This document shows, piece after piece, positions 24,701-38,700 of a DNA stretch of 64,000 nucleotides; position 1 is the stretch's first letter, and the number at the start of each line of letters is the position of its first letter. Source of the stretch: Fimbriosthenelais zetlandica (lineage: Eukaryota); contig OZ365109.1 in assembly GCA_977030845.1 (NCBI GenBank), positions 53,568,001-53,632,000 on the forward strand. Reading direction: 5' to 3'. The position numbers were made by a program, and so were the translations under genes. Under the pieces are notes generated by a model. That model was not told the DNA's origin and ran no database searches. It saw nothing but the letters and a program-made list of their open reading frames with translations.

Positions 24701-27700
24701 TTTTGATGTACTTATATGGCGCAGGAAAGTGCTTTATGGACGGTGGTCCGGCATAAATTGCCATAAAAGGACCGTTTAAAGTAGTCCAGGAAATCCATTT
24801 CTTTTCCATTTAATTTATTACACTTTCAATAGGAATAAGTTCATTCTTTTGTCCCTGCTGCCATTATTAATTTAGAATCTGCCATAATTGATACAATCCT
24901 TTCAGAAAGGTTTTACTGGGAAATATAGCAGTGCAACTCAATAGCTACCTTTTACCATTAGCTCACAGGAGGGAGAATGTTAAGGGCAGGCAGGTGACCC
25001 CCAACCTATATGAATTATTTAATTGGTCCCTATGTAACCCACAGGCAATTACACATCTCTACAATATCCGTGCATTAAGGCAGCGGTCTGGCCTGATGCT
25101 CGCCATCTATACACCAAACACTCATTAATAGAATTAGATAAAAATATCACTGAGTGAGTTTTGATGGAGGCTGGCTCGGATAGTAGTATAGAAGTGGGGG
25201 AGTGACTCAGGCTCTATATACATAGGGTTACATAGTGATCAGAGACCATATAAACTTGTGTATCTAAGACTTAGTCTAAGAAATAATCATCTATGGAATC
25301 GTTTTTGATGTACACAGACAGAAATTTATAACAAGATATTTCAACAAATTTCCTAAAAGAACGCGATCCAAATTTATATTGGATTATGAAAATTATGAAA
25401 ACACATAATCCCTTGCGCAATAGGATGGGTATAGATACAAACACAATGAATTAATAATATATTTTATATAATATATGACTTGTTCAGTTGGTAAATGAAC
25501 AAAACACTATTGTTGGAGACCTCAGTCATCAAGTAGAGATCAAATCCTTTGTTAAGCCATGCAGGTGGCTTAGGTTAACCCATGAAGCTGAAGGACCATT
25601 TCCAATAAGTATAGGCTATGTGTATGGATGAAATTGATAGCCTGTCTACTTATACATATATACCACTGTAAGGCAGTCAGCAGATCAGGCATAGTCAACC
25701 GCATCCATACTATACTCCCACTGCACACATACTTGCACCTGCTTCTACCGTCAAACCCATCACATATATTTATTTACACGCTGTATTTGTTACATAATTC
25801 CTCACTCCAGGCCATGGCTGATTGGTCTAACTCTCGTGAGGCAGCTACATGATGATTTGGGACTTGGTCTAAAACGCGCCTATAGAGCTCTCACTGTACT
25901 CTTATCAAAATGCAAACTCTAATGCGATAAGCCCTGCTGCCCTCAGGGCAAATTTACCGCAGGCATGCCCCACGAGAATGCTTCCGCTTTGCGTCACTGA
26001 TATCACTTCAGATGTTTTTTCTTCAGACTTGAATTCAATGCAAATATTTAATTCCCCGATGGAATTTGGTTCAGGTAATGTGATAATTTGATTCATAAAA
26101 ACTGGTCTTCGAAACGCTATTCACCAAACATGAGTTGGTAGTTCATTAGTAATGAGGTGCCAAAGGGAAAGATCAGTAATAATTACAGGGAAATAGGTCC
26201 AAAAGCTGCTTTATATGCTGCTATAAGTATAACATAATTTATTCAAATCCCTAAAATGCATAGGCTGAATAATACCATAATACATTCGATGCAACGAACG
26301 ATACAGCGATAATATGTGTTTGGCAGTATGGATGTTTCTAGTCATATCCTCCTTCGCACAGGAACCCAGAGCTCTGCAAGGGATTTGACCATTGACCCCA
26401 ACAGAGATTTGAGTCATTTTTCCCCATGCCCCTCTGTTATTACATAGCTGACAGATACCCTGATGTCGAGTCCCCCAGTGGAGTTAGTGATGGATGCCTC
26501 TGGTGCGGCTTTACCCTTGAATCCATCCATGGATGAAAGATCGGATGATTAATATCAATCTGAATTGAGAATTTTTCTCAGCTGAGCGGCTTCGTTTTGT
26601 GATTAATCATATTAGTCGATGGGCTATAGTTGCCCTTACTGCATCCCACTGATAAACAAATATCCCAAATTTGTTTATTATATTAGTCAGCACAAATGAA
26701 GAATGGTCCAATCCTAAGTTATATGTACTATAGGCCACTGTCATAATCATAATCATAGTCATCCTAATAAAATGAAAATATACAAGAAGAAACTTGCGTA
26801 TGAAATAGAAGGATGAGTAACTGTTATATTCGATAAAAGATTCATAATACCACCCAAGCCTAAAGTTTATAATCATGTATATCCATTCGGAAAAAATCAT
26901 AGACTATTAGTACAGTAGGCCTACGTATTGAAAAGACATCATGTATATATCTGTCTGGTGTAAGTCTAGACCAGTCCTCCAATCACACCTTCAAGCCTGA
27001 AGCTATTTCAATACAAAGTATGAGATTAATATGGAGAACCAAAACAATATCACATCTGAACAGAGCCAACAGATTGGATGTGATGTAAAACGACTAGATA
27101 CATGATAATCACATTAGGGTATGACAAACGAGAGGAGACTTCGTTATCATGTATGGACTATATCTCTGATATCAGAATGTCAATACATTCTGAGCTGAAA
27201 ACTCAGTCTGAAAAGGTAGACCATGTTTACAACAAGTTAGTGAAACCATAATAAATACCAATGGTGTCAGATTCCCAGATCGAATCCTAAAACAAACAGA
27301 CCCCATTTATTCAGTGGCGGTTCCTTTTACATGTAACTCATTTCACATCACCATGCATATTTAGCATTAAATTAGGCAAAAATTAATAAAGTGAAGTCTA
27401 AGTGAAATGAAAAGTAAAACAAGTAATATTCGTTTAAATACAAAATGTCCCAGGCTTCCATTCAGTTCGAAGAATACAAATAATTACATTTACTGCTGTG
27501 CAATAAACAACGAAGAGACTTTAAGATATTTTTACAAAATTACGAACGTCTGCCAACAATTAAAGCTACGTAATTGCTTTAAAGAAACCTCTTTTATCCA
27601 TCCCTTTCTACATAGAAAAAGAATCGCATCACCAAGACATCATTTGTCACTGAACAGGTACGATAACTATTTCCATTGGGGGCTGTCTGTTGCAAGATGG

Positions 27701-28756
27701 CGATAAGAGGAATTTCATATATCGAAGTCCGACACAGGGGAAGTATACAGTACTGTATCAATTCAGGAAGAGTTCTGCTACATGGATACTGTTCTCCAGA
27801 CATTACATTATTCTTTCCGCTGCACAGCTAAGATTCCTGCAGAGAATTCAGGATTCTTGGCCTTCTCGACCCCACCTTCTCGAATACCTTCATAAGACAT
27901 CTATATTTGTCACCAGAGCTTGGGTTCTTTGATGTGGATTGTACACATATCAACTTATTGGAAGTTTTGATTACAGTAAGACATAAGACTAATTAATGCT
28001 GAGGTTTAATACTCAATATTCTGATAGAGAACTGTTGATAAATGCCTGGAAATGCGAAGTTTACAGACGATCCTACTTGTCATCCGGCATTCTTCATTAA
28101 AGTAAAGGGACAATAGCTACATCAAGTAGCAAGAGTCCGTCCCACTCAAATCATTATCCAACACTCAGTCTGAGTCCTATAGAAGTATATGGTGCATCAT
28201 CATTAGGAAAGATTTATCCTATGAAAGATTTATTCCTTTCCATTGGAGGGAATGATTCCTCTATTATGAGGCCCTCTCTCCATGCTATTTTTAAAGTACT
28301 TCATCTCGGATTTTATTCCATTTCCCTCATTTACGTACTCGCCTGGATGAGATGATATAACCGGTATGATGGAATATGCCAAACAGACAGGATGTCTTAT
28401 TATAGAAGAACTGCCCATAAATATTGAAAGTTGGGGACTGGGAGATATTGATGACCTTGAAGTAGATAGTTCATCTAATTTAAAGCTGTCATAAAATGAG
28501 TATGGTAGCATTCAAGCTATAAATACAACTACACCTAGAGAGTAACGAAAAGAAAATTAGCCACATTACAATAGTTTAGACAAAATCTCTCCTCTACCAG
28601 TCCCTGTACAATGGTTTGGTATTTCACAGCCAGTGATCTCTATATATGTGCCATGGCTCAAGATGTTCCCAAGAAATAAATACATCTACTGCAACATTTA
28701 ACATGTAGGTCACTGTGTGAAATGTTTGATTTGCAGCCTTTAATATCACCGCTTAC

Positions 28757-28836
28757 TATGGGGAAGTGGCGTTGCCCATGTGCAAACGGTGTTGTGGTGC
28801 ACTGACCCGGAAGTAGATTGAATTACTTCCGCCATG
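28757..28836. promoter_or_regulatory. Candidate bidirectional promoter with an inverted ETS pair and head-to-head ATGs
   Basis: CCGGAAGT 28807-28814 and ACTTCC 28825-28830. Plus-strand GCCATG at 28834. Minus-strand ATG at 28779 reads MGNATSP and is followed by a GTAAGC donor at 28756. Confidence 0.4.
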
Positions 28837-29658
28837 TATTACAATAAGCAACATCGTGTTAGCTCGAATAGCTCAGTCCTGGAAAGAAAGCCAACCATGA
28901 GGCCAGTCATAGCAACCTTCCAACTATCAACTTAACTGCCAAGTTTCAACGGCATAATATTGCACAGAGTGAGAACATTGGAATTGGTGAATATGGTACA
29001 CATAAATTTGCTATATAGAATACTACAATCACAATGTCTGTTCAGAACAATTGTACTGAAAGGACCTGTTTATCTTGACAGGGGTATTCTATTAATATTC
29101 TAGAGGTTAAAAATAGTTTATATTGACCTATACCTTTAACAAGTTTTGTAGCAAAATAACAGTAGCATCAACATAATGAACTGTATACGGAATATCTAAA
29201 CGAAATGGTGGTGGGACCGTATCAAAACTGTCCCCAATTGAACATCTTGTGGAGCTTAAATGGTGCACCAATATAGGGGATTCTGGGTAAAACCCCTGCC
29301 CCACTCTCATCCATCGTCTACAGATACCAATATTGTCACCAATTATGGCCTTAAAAACTTTGATAAAAGGCTCGACTGATGGTAATTAGCACTAGCAAAG
29401 CATCAGCTCGCCACAAAGCCACCTCTTCCACCTGATTTGATAAACATGATTTAATGCTTTGAAGATTTTTTTATTATCAAGATAGGCTGTAGCCCAGTGA
29501 CAGATCCATGGATCAGGGTCTGGCTTTTACCTATTAGTTCTACCCTCCCACCTCCCTCCTCTCGATCCTCTTCCTCCTGGGAGATCTGGGGCCTGGTGTG
29601 AGCTAATTGAGGGGCTTGTATCCGCTCTACTTGGTCACATATATATCCGAACGCGTGC

Positions 29659-29777
29659 ATGGCTGACGAGCAAATTGAACGCACAAATAGACGTGAGGAA
29701 CTCCTTAACACAAGGCTGATTTTAAGGGAGCTGTGGGAGGGCACGAGGACATGTTTTTGTCGGGGTGTGTACAGCTG
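29659..29777 (+). CDS. Candidate first coding exon of an unidentified gene
   Basis: ATGG context, open frame MADEQIERTNRREELLNTRLILRELWEGTRTCFCRGVYS, ending at a perfect GTAAGT donor (29778). Downstream exons are uncertain. Confidence 0.3.
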
Positions 29778-32700
29778 GTAAGTGTGGGGAGTATGGGAGG
29801 GATGAGACAGGTTGGAACACTGAGGGTGTTCATGGTGCTGCGTGGGTTTGGAGCTGATAAGGGGGCAAGTATAGTCGTTTACATTTTGTACTGCAACAAG
29901 GGCTGCCATGCAGTCATATAGCTTTATTTATTGCTTTCATGGTAAAGCATTTTGCTCATTTATGTTCCTTGATATTTTACTGATAATACTAGGGCATATT
30001 TCACTACAATGATGTCATATAGTCAATGACAATTGAGTATAAGTCTATACAAGTGGTATATAGGTAAAATGTTGCAATCTTTCCTCATAAAACTATGCAT
30101 GTAAACTTTGTAAAAACTAATGTTATTTTCCATGAATGATGCATGGATAGGCCCCTAACGTGCGTTATCTACTATATGGCGTTTTTAGTTTTAGAATGCC
30201 ATATAAAAAGAACAAAGAATTTGATTGGCACTGTTGTAGACCTATCGTCAGGGGATTCAGCTGCATATATATAGTATATGTGATGCTGATAATCCACGCT
30301 CTACACATTGAACAATTTACACGTTGATTAAAGGTTACACATAAATGTAGTTGGCAGAGCCTGCTGATGGATTCTAAAGGACAGCGCCAGCCTAGAAGCA
30401 ATTCCAGACCTACAGTTCAGACCCTCCTCTGGGAAGAAATCACATTAAAGAAGACAAAAGGAAAATCAACTTGATAGAAACAAAAGAAAATAGATACTCA
30501 AGGGAGCAAAATGGAGAAGCAGAGGCTTTAAACAATGTAGACCCTTCAGGCCATCTGATAGTCTAATCTCCCAATTCTATAATAGTAGACTACATCTAAA
30601 TGATTCATTTGATTTCTTTTTCCAGGCGTGTAAGCTATCATCAGCTATATATAGTGGTCACCGATAACTCAGTTAAACCTTATCCATTTCCAAATCACGA
30701 GCCCAACCTCATGGTAAATAACGTTAACCCCCTCGGTACTTGCATGCATTCCCTAAAGTGCAATATTATTGATGAGCATGGACCTTCTAGGGTTTGAATA
30801 TGCGTTGGAGGTCAGATTTTCTGCAGTACAGATATAGAGCCTCTTTGACATGAAGTCATGCCCATGAACCTTTCTGATGTATGGCCCACAGCTGAATAGA
30901 CATAACAATGTGACAAGCCTATCACCCGAGGATTTCACCCTTCTCCTCTGAAGTCCATTTCCATGCACCCTTCATCGATTGTAAATCCCAGCACAAAGGT
31001 TTAGACAGCATGACCTGGGACTGGATTTGGACAGGTCAGGGTAGATAGAGAATAGAGCGATAGATATGATGATAAGGTATTGTCATCATCGAAGGGCAAA
31101 TTCTCTTCCCTCCTCCAGTTCGGAGAGGATTAGGGACAGGGACAGGGCCAATAGCTTCTCATCCCAGACGGGTATGGAGGATGGCTTATTATGCTCTAGT
31201 AGTTTTTCATACAAATGGGGAAAACAACCCTTTATAAGGCCGACTCAGTCCAGAGTATGTTTCAGTGGATAGAGTACATGTATGTGTAGACAAATACATT
31301 TCACAAAGTAAATATTTATGTATTGGCATTTGGATACATTATCCGAAAGGCATTCGTTCGAATACTATATTAACATGTATAAATGATAAATGAGTCTCCT
31401 ATAAGGTATGTGTAATTCATATGGAGGACCTTTCCAACGCACAGTCCCACAGGCCTGCATGTATTATAAAACCCAGTGACGGGAAAAGAAGTTGGGGACA
31501 GGAAAAAATGTTTTCCTTGTATACGCTGCATACAGATGTATCTGACTCTCCCATCTCCAGACCTAGTTATTCCATATCAACTTCAATCTTCAGGCGGATC
31601 CATTCTGAGAATTACTGGAGCAGCACTCCGGAGACAGATTGCAGACACACTGAAAACCAACTCTGGACGATCTTGGCTCTCCAAAGGTTTCCTCTATCAA
31701 TCAGTTCCACTAACTCATCGAAACAAAACCTAAAATCTGATATAAGGGTTTTCCTTGGCCTGGATCCAACAATATAGTATACGTACAGTACTGAGCTCGA
31801 GTGAACAGGAATACAGAGAAATTCCACTGTTAAACCCAGTTGTACCAGGACCGAATTGAAAATCCATTCAAACCTTTCAAACCCCTCCTTAAAGGCAATT
31901 GATGATGCTTAAATACATCATGATTGTGGCAAATTATTTGTGATCAATCACAGAAAAATGGAATACAATCTTTTTAAATCTTCAATCTCTGATGCATTAA
32001 CACTTTTTCTCTTCACTGACTTGAAGAGGCATAACAATAAGTGACCCAGTTCTGTCTTAACACCCTAGCACGGTAATGGAACCCTTGGATTTTCTCTGCT
32101 CATTTCTCATCCCACCAACGCTTTTGTTGTCCCGCCCATTGGGTGTTCCACGATCACACTTGAACGCCATTGATTTATCGCTTTTCCATTTCCCTTATCA
32201 CATAAAGATGACTTCTACGATGCCTAGTAGGCCTACTCAGGGTCGAATGCAAGATTGAATTTGGTTTTCAACCTGAAAATAAATGCCTCCACCCTCAAGT
32301 GAGACAAATAACATTTAGCTCATAAAAAGAGGCTCCTGATATGGGGGAGTGTTCAATGTTGAATAACTCAATGCCTGGCTGAATTTACTGATATCAAGAT
32401 TGATATCAGCGAGTACTCTACCCGCAAGGTAATAAATCCGAGAAGAGTCTTCCTCCCTCTGCCGACTTTTGTATCACTCCTCGTGGGAAAGACAAGACTG
32501 GCATTATAGCCACCATAGACCACGTGACAATTAATGGATCGGCGGAGAGGGAAGGACACTATACTTGTGGCGAAGATCTGCCCCGAGGGCAATTCAACAC
32601 TTTTAAAAGACAGCAAATTGGCGGATATGCCAGTGTTCATTTGAATGGCACCTGTAGGAGTGTTAAAATAGTTGACACCTTTACGGACTAACATCTTCAC

Positions 32701-35700
32701 GTCCCATTAAGGTATGATAATGTCCCTTGGAGACGCCACCTCGGGGACGCTTGACTGACGCCTCGAGCTGCCCCAGCGGTCACTGACGAATATATGGTGA
32801 CGCCCTCAACCGGCGTAGAACTTAGAAGCGCCGCAATCTAGAGAGGACAGTCTGACTCCCCTATTATCACTCACAGAGAGGTGGACTTCTCGGACAACCT
32901 TTCGACCTTTGCGTGATTAAACGCGACCGAAAGGGCTTTCCCAAGAGGGAGGCCAATTTATGATATCAAAAGGAAATGGCCCGCACCACCTCAATTCCCC
33001 TCAGTTTGATTGCTCTTGTGAACTATGTACGCCACTAGGGTGCTAGGACCTTGGCTTCCGCTCGGACATGGTGTTTTATCTCGGACCTTCGTGACGTGGG
33101 CCTGATCATTCAGCAAGATCAGGCATTTTATGTATCCATACATCATTCCCAGCTTATACCACTTTCATATTTTGGATGACATTGACCACTCAGAAGGCTT
33201 CAATAGTCTGACTTCTATTTCTGGATGTTTTCTAACTATTGTCCCAATAAATACTTTTGTTTGAGATAGTTAGAAATGTAACCAACCGAAATATATACGG
33301 TGACATTAGATCGAGAATTGATCAGTGCTGTCAAAAGAAGTGTCAAAGTGTCATGCTATCGAGTATTGGGAAAGCAAGGATGTCTTGTAAGTAGGTGGCT
33401 GTCTGTCAATTCTATGACATCCATCAGAAATGCTGAAGAAAAATCTTTACTTTTCCCACATGGCCACATTTATCCATAGATAGATGCTTGTATACCATAT
33501 GAGGCAGGTGCTTATGCCACGATTAGATTATCTTTCTTTTTAGTGACATAAATGCACTCCCTCCTTTCCTATACATGCATTCCATATTCCCAAAATGGGC
33601 CAAACCCGAAAGAATGCCTTATTTTAAAAGTTGTTGGCTCAGAAATGAAATCACTTTTTAATGTAACTTAAGAAATCATCACCGACAAGAAATGTCTTTT
33701 GGACTTGGTTTTATGCGGTGAAGTGCCTTCTCACATTTGTGTGCACGTCTTGTCAATTGATGCAATTTCATTTCTGGTCTTAATTCTGGTCTTGCGCTAA
33801 GCTGGGTTATTCTCTTCATCTTTAGATGGACATTTCTGTTTCACCCATTCGTCTACTTTCGTTTTTTTGTTCCTTATGAAACATTTCCAGTGAGATTATC
33901 AACTGTTCTCTCTGAGCTATCGCCAATTATTACCATGCAATTCTCGTACAGTTTCCTACCAACTCTAAACATGTGCGCTGCCTTCTCAATTGAAGTTCTT
34001 GCCTAAAGAAGACCTTCCAAAGATAGCATTAAGAGAGAATATAGTATGGGATTACTGTTGATAGTATAGTATACAAAGCGTGAGGAAGCCAAGCTTTATA
34101 ATACTGGCTTGTACCCATGCAGTTTGTGTATGGTAAACCATAGTGAAACTGTATAGCTTCACGGAGAAAGCATTGAACACAGGTGGCTGGAGACGGCCAA
34201 TGGCAATTCAAAGTTCTCAGGTCCCTTCCCAAGAGCACTACTCACTGCTTTTCTAGCATTTGTACTTAGAAATGTCAAGTTAGTGGCCAATATACTCAAC
34301 CCCTGCCCTTCAAAGGTGAACACTGAGGACTATGTTATTGGAATTTAGTACAATAAACGCCCAAGCGTATCAATATGTTAATATTTGATATCTATTATAT
34401 ATATTAGTCTTCTTCAGGATGAATAATTACTGTACGTCTGCATATATGTATGAGAATGAATGATTTTTTTTGTCGCTGATCCGTCTATCATGCCTCCTTT
34501 AATAAAAAAAAATCTTTTAAAGTTAATTTTCGGCATCGTAATGAGAAACAGGCTTTATAAAGTGATTGGAACAGTGACAAAAGTCAATTAGTTGGCACCT
34601 ATATCAAGCTACCTTGTTACAAAGTATGATGTAAAGGTTAGTAATAGGTTCCTATAACATTAAAATTCATAGGATTCTCACCAAGAGTTGGATTCAATAT
34701 ATATTGTTCATCAGGAAGGAGGACCTAAAGGAAGATAATTGGAAGACGCTATACCCGGGCCGGACCGGGACAGCACTGAGATATGGGATACAGCACTGCT
34801 ATAGATATAGGATATAAGCCTTGTTAGATAAGGGAAAAACCCTCATCCACATGTATTGATCATTCATGCTATAGCTTTGAGAACAGCACGCTGCTACATA
34901 TCTCTGATCCTCTATTTCTAAAAGGAAGCAGGGGTGCCTTGGGGAATCCTTGCCTCCCATTGCATTATTCATTAAGTATTGTGCTTGTCAGGATACATGC
35001 CCTTTGAGTTGTTCCACACGTGCCTTGGGGCGGAAGGGTTCTGAAACCCAACGGGTATATGAACATTGATGTTAATTACAGTATAATGTATAGGGAAAAA
35101 AGGTCGCGTGTAGAGAATGTCAAATTCATTTGTCTGGGGCCTGTTTCAAAATGAAAAGGCTATTAGCAATGTTCAGTCTATGGCTATAATATTTCTTTTG
35201 AAATGAGCTCCAGAAGCTTTACATTCCTTTTATATAGCCAGCGTCCTATTTAAGTCCAACTTCTTAAAGGTAAAGGGATAATTGGGGCAATATAGGAGAT
35301 GGGCATTCTATATGCAGTTGGGTCCAAAATGAAGAATGGATCCCATGCATGTACATGTATTAGCTTAGAGTTAACATTGGCTACTGTATAGCACATATTA
35401 ATTATGAAACGGACCCCAGACTATCAAGTATAACTATTGATGCTAAATTATGAAATGACTGGATAGATCTATGAAGGCATAGGGGACCAATCGAATTATC
35501 AAGGTGTTGTGAAGATAGATTAACATCTATTGGCAGAAATAGACATGAACTTTTAGAATGAATATAATAATCACACGAATATCAATATAATAATCTAGCC
35601 TAAGCAAAGCAAACCTCATTTAAAGCTTGTTTGTTTGCAGGAACTTTCTAGTGATTTTTAGTGGAACCCAAACCCTTCTAGACCATTTTAAGTGCAACAT

Positions 35701-38700
35701 GGACCTATAAGTTACCGAGTCCCTTTTTGACCTCCAAACATCTCCCTCGAGTGTCATTCCTTGCCCCATTGGGACACATTCATCCCATTAACATCAGGAC
35801 CTCTTCCCTCTATACTTCAAGTTCAAACCATTCATTCCTCTCTCTCCTCTTCAAAACAGGGAGAGCAACAACGATTCATACTGATAGAGAGGCATGTTTT
35901 GTCCCTGGCCTCAGTGGGCCAAATTATATCGCAAGCTGCCAAGGTCCTTGTTTGAATAAGGGGCGTAAATCCGGTAGCAATCATAGTAAAATAACAACAA
36001 CTCGGCCCCATCATTACCCCATCTAATAGCCTTTACCATCCTCTTATTGCCACTGGTAATCATATTGTATACAGACGAGTGTGTGAGGTCCCGTATTCAC
36101 TCTGAATCTAGCTTTGCTTTAGAGGATGGAAGGTTGCCATCGTTTAGACAGTACATGAGTGAACATGGACAGAGAGCAGAGATGAGAAAAATGTCACTGA
36201 TGAGAATGTGTAAAGCTAGTGGCTGCCTGTATAGGTCTGAGGCCTAGGGTATGGTAAAAAAGGGCCCTTTCATCAGCACGTTTGTTATAAAAGGTTAATT
36301 GCCATCGCAGCATCATTTCTAAGGACAATGTATTATCGATTGTATGCAGAATTGCAGTGTTATCAATGATTTATAAAACATAACATTAGTGTGTAGGTGA
36401 TGTACTGTTCATCTTCTGCAATTTTAACCATACCTTGATGTTAGAACTTTGACATAAGAGCTCATTGAAAATGCATCTATACCATACATATAATGTGCAT
36501 GAAACTTATACCCTAATAATAGCCTACCGTACTATTAAGACCTAAGTACGCTTTAAAGTTAAAGAAAATATCTGCCCTAATGGAAACGGTTTTGGGCTAT
36601 ACCACAGAACATGCACATGTGTCAGAAAGTTTCAGATCCTGACAATCTGCTGAATTTATAGGACTTCTACCAGAATCGAAAACCCATATACCCTGCTTAC
36701 CAATAGATACCCAAACCCCTTCCCGTTAGTGGATGCAGGTCCACGGCAGGCCTCCCACCAGGCCCGATCCATACCCCACCAATCATTATCCCCATATTGG
36801 TTTATCCCAGTTACCACTAAGCTACCCCTCTCTCCCCATACTACTATACTCCTCCAGCATGCTTCCACTCTACCCCTTCCCAGGTCCACCACTCCTCCCA
36901 GCTGTCCTTCGATAAGGGACTTTATTAGATGTTACTTACCCAAGGTTAATGTTGAACATCATGGTATCTAATTCCAGACACGGTCGAGATATGGTAAGAC
37001 TCCATTTCCCCTCAAGGCATCTACATCTCGTTGGCCACGAGAGTCATGTGGCTTGTGGCGAGGAAGGGCGAGAAGTGGTGTGGGAATTCTACGGTGAGGA
37101 GCAACCACCAGAGGGCCGCGGTACTCCTTGAGCGTCTCCAGCGAGGGAGATCTTCCATGTGGCCGTGTTTCAGGGTTGAGGCATCAATAGGGATCCAGCA
37201 GAAGAGCTGGCTGCAGCCACCAGTGTTCAGAGAACCCCTCTCTGTGTGACTGAGAATGGTGTGTGGTGTGTAGGTCTATGGTACAATAACCACCGCTAGA
37301 GGAGGAACCAGAGCGGGAGGAGAGAGGGGAGAAGAGAGAATCTACCCGCCCCCTCCTCACCCCACCAACTAGCAACGCAGCGCCACCACGCACCGACGGC
37401 CGTCACAGTCACTAAACATGTCTTGTGGTGGTGTCCATGCTCTTGAAGCGAGGCAGTGGGGAAAGCCATGGATGGGCCTAGTGTAGGAGAGGCAGGCCAG
37501 GTCTGCCTATCGGGAACGAGAGGGTACCGTACTTGTAATGTAAGATGATGGGATGCACACCAAAGTGGGAAGAATGGGTCCATAGAAAAGGGGCGTGGCC
37601 TAGTTATTGAACTCCTTCTTCCCTATACTACTTACATGGGGAACTGCTCAAGGATATGGCTGTATGGAACGCCATCAGTATGTGATAGACTATTGGTATT
37701 TATGGCAAATAAAATAGAAGGCCTAGACGGGTCCTATAGGCAAAAGGAAATAAAGGCACATATGTAACAGATGGAAAAAGTTATTCTATCATGGCAAGGA
37801 ATGAAGAAAAGAATAGCTCGCTAACTGAAGGGAAATAAAAAAAGAGAAGGGAAACTAGAAAGAGGGGGGAAAGAGCCATTCGAAGGTTGTAAGGGAAAGG
37901 GATATATGCGTGAAAGGGGAGTAGAACACGATTAGAGAGAGTCCCAATACACTACGGCAATCACTGCCACTATGAAAACCTCACCGTGGATCTCGTTTGG
38001 CACGAGATTCAGCCTCGTTGTAAATCCAGAATGGGTTGAGGGCAGACTGTTCAACACCATGTGCCAGAACGTTTCTTCTCCACAATTAAAGACCCTCTGG
38101 TCTTTGACCTGGGAGAGAAACTTTATTAATGACGTCTCACTGGGTTTCTTCCTTCATTACTGCAAGGTCAAGGTCAAGGTCATGGCAGAGTTGACTGCCG
38201 ACCACTTGTCAATAAGAAAGAAATCGACAGGAGTTACAAGCCAGTTTGTTTTGATTATGCTCTTAAAGGGACCTCGATTGAACTGTCAATCTCATTCAAG
38301 CAATGCAGTCAAAATATATTTGTTCCCCATTTCGTTCATGATCTGAATTACTGTATTTAGAATGTTGTTGACTTATATGCCTACTCTCGTTTTGGTGAAA
38401 ATTCACCTAGCTGCATTCAGGTGGCCTGAGCAGCTACTATAATGTTCCCTTTTGTTTGATTCATTTTCATAGACAAACCTCCGCATGTGTATTGCTATCA
38501 CAATTCTAGGTGTATGATATATAGGAGCGGAACGCTGGTGCCATCTTTCCGAGTTTAATGTATTAGGATCGTATTTCTTTACTTTAAGAACTGGGTGTTT
38601 TAACAGGAGATGAAGATGTATGAGGGCGAGGTTTGTGTGTCTACATCAAACATCCTGCCTCAAGTGCTCGGACATTGCCTGGTATATAGTTATTTATGTG

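Noticed and set aside
28862-28920. GCTCGAATAGCTCAGTC resembling a tRNA 5' end / A-box
   Set aside because: No B-box (GTTCRA), anticodon arm or acceptor-stem complement follows.
29451-29909. 152-aa minus-strand ORF
   Set aside because: Low-complexity composition, antisense to the better-supported plus-strand exon candidate at 29659.
38170-38185. CAAGGTCAAGGTCAAGGTCA nuclear-receptor-like direct repeats within ORF 37972-38346
   Set aside because: A short simple repeat common in invertebrate genomes. The ORF has no recognisable homology.
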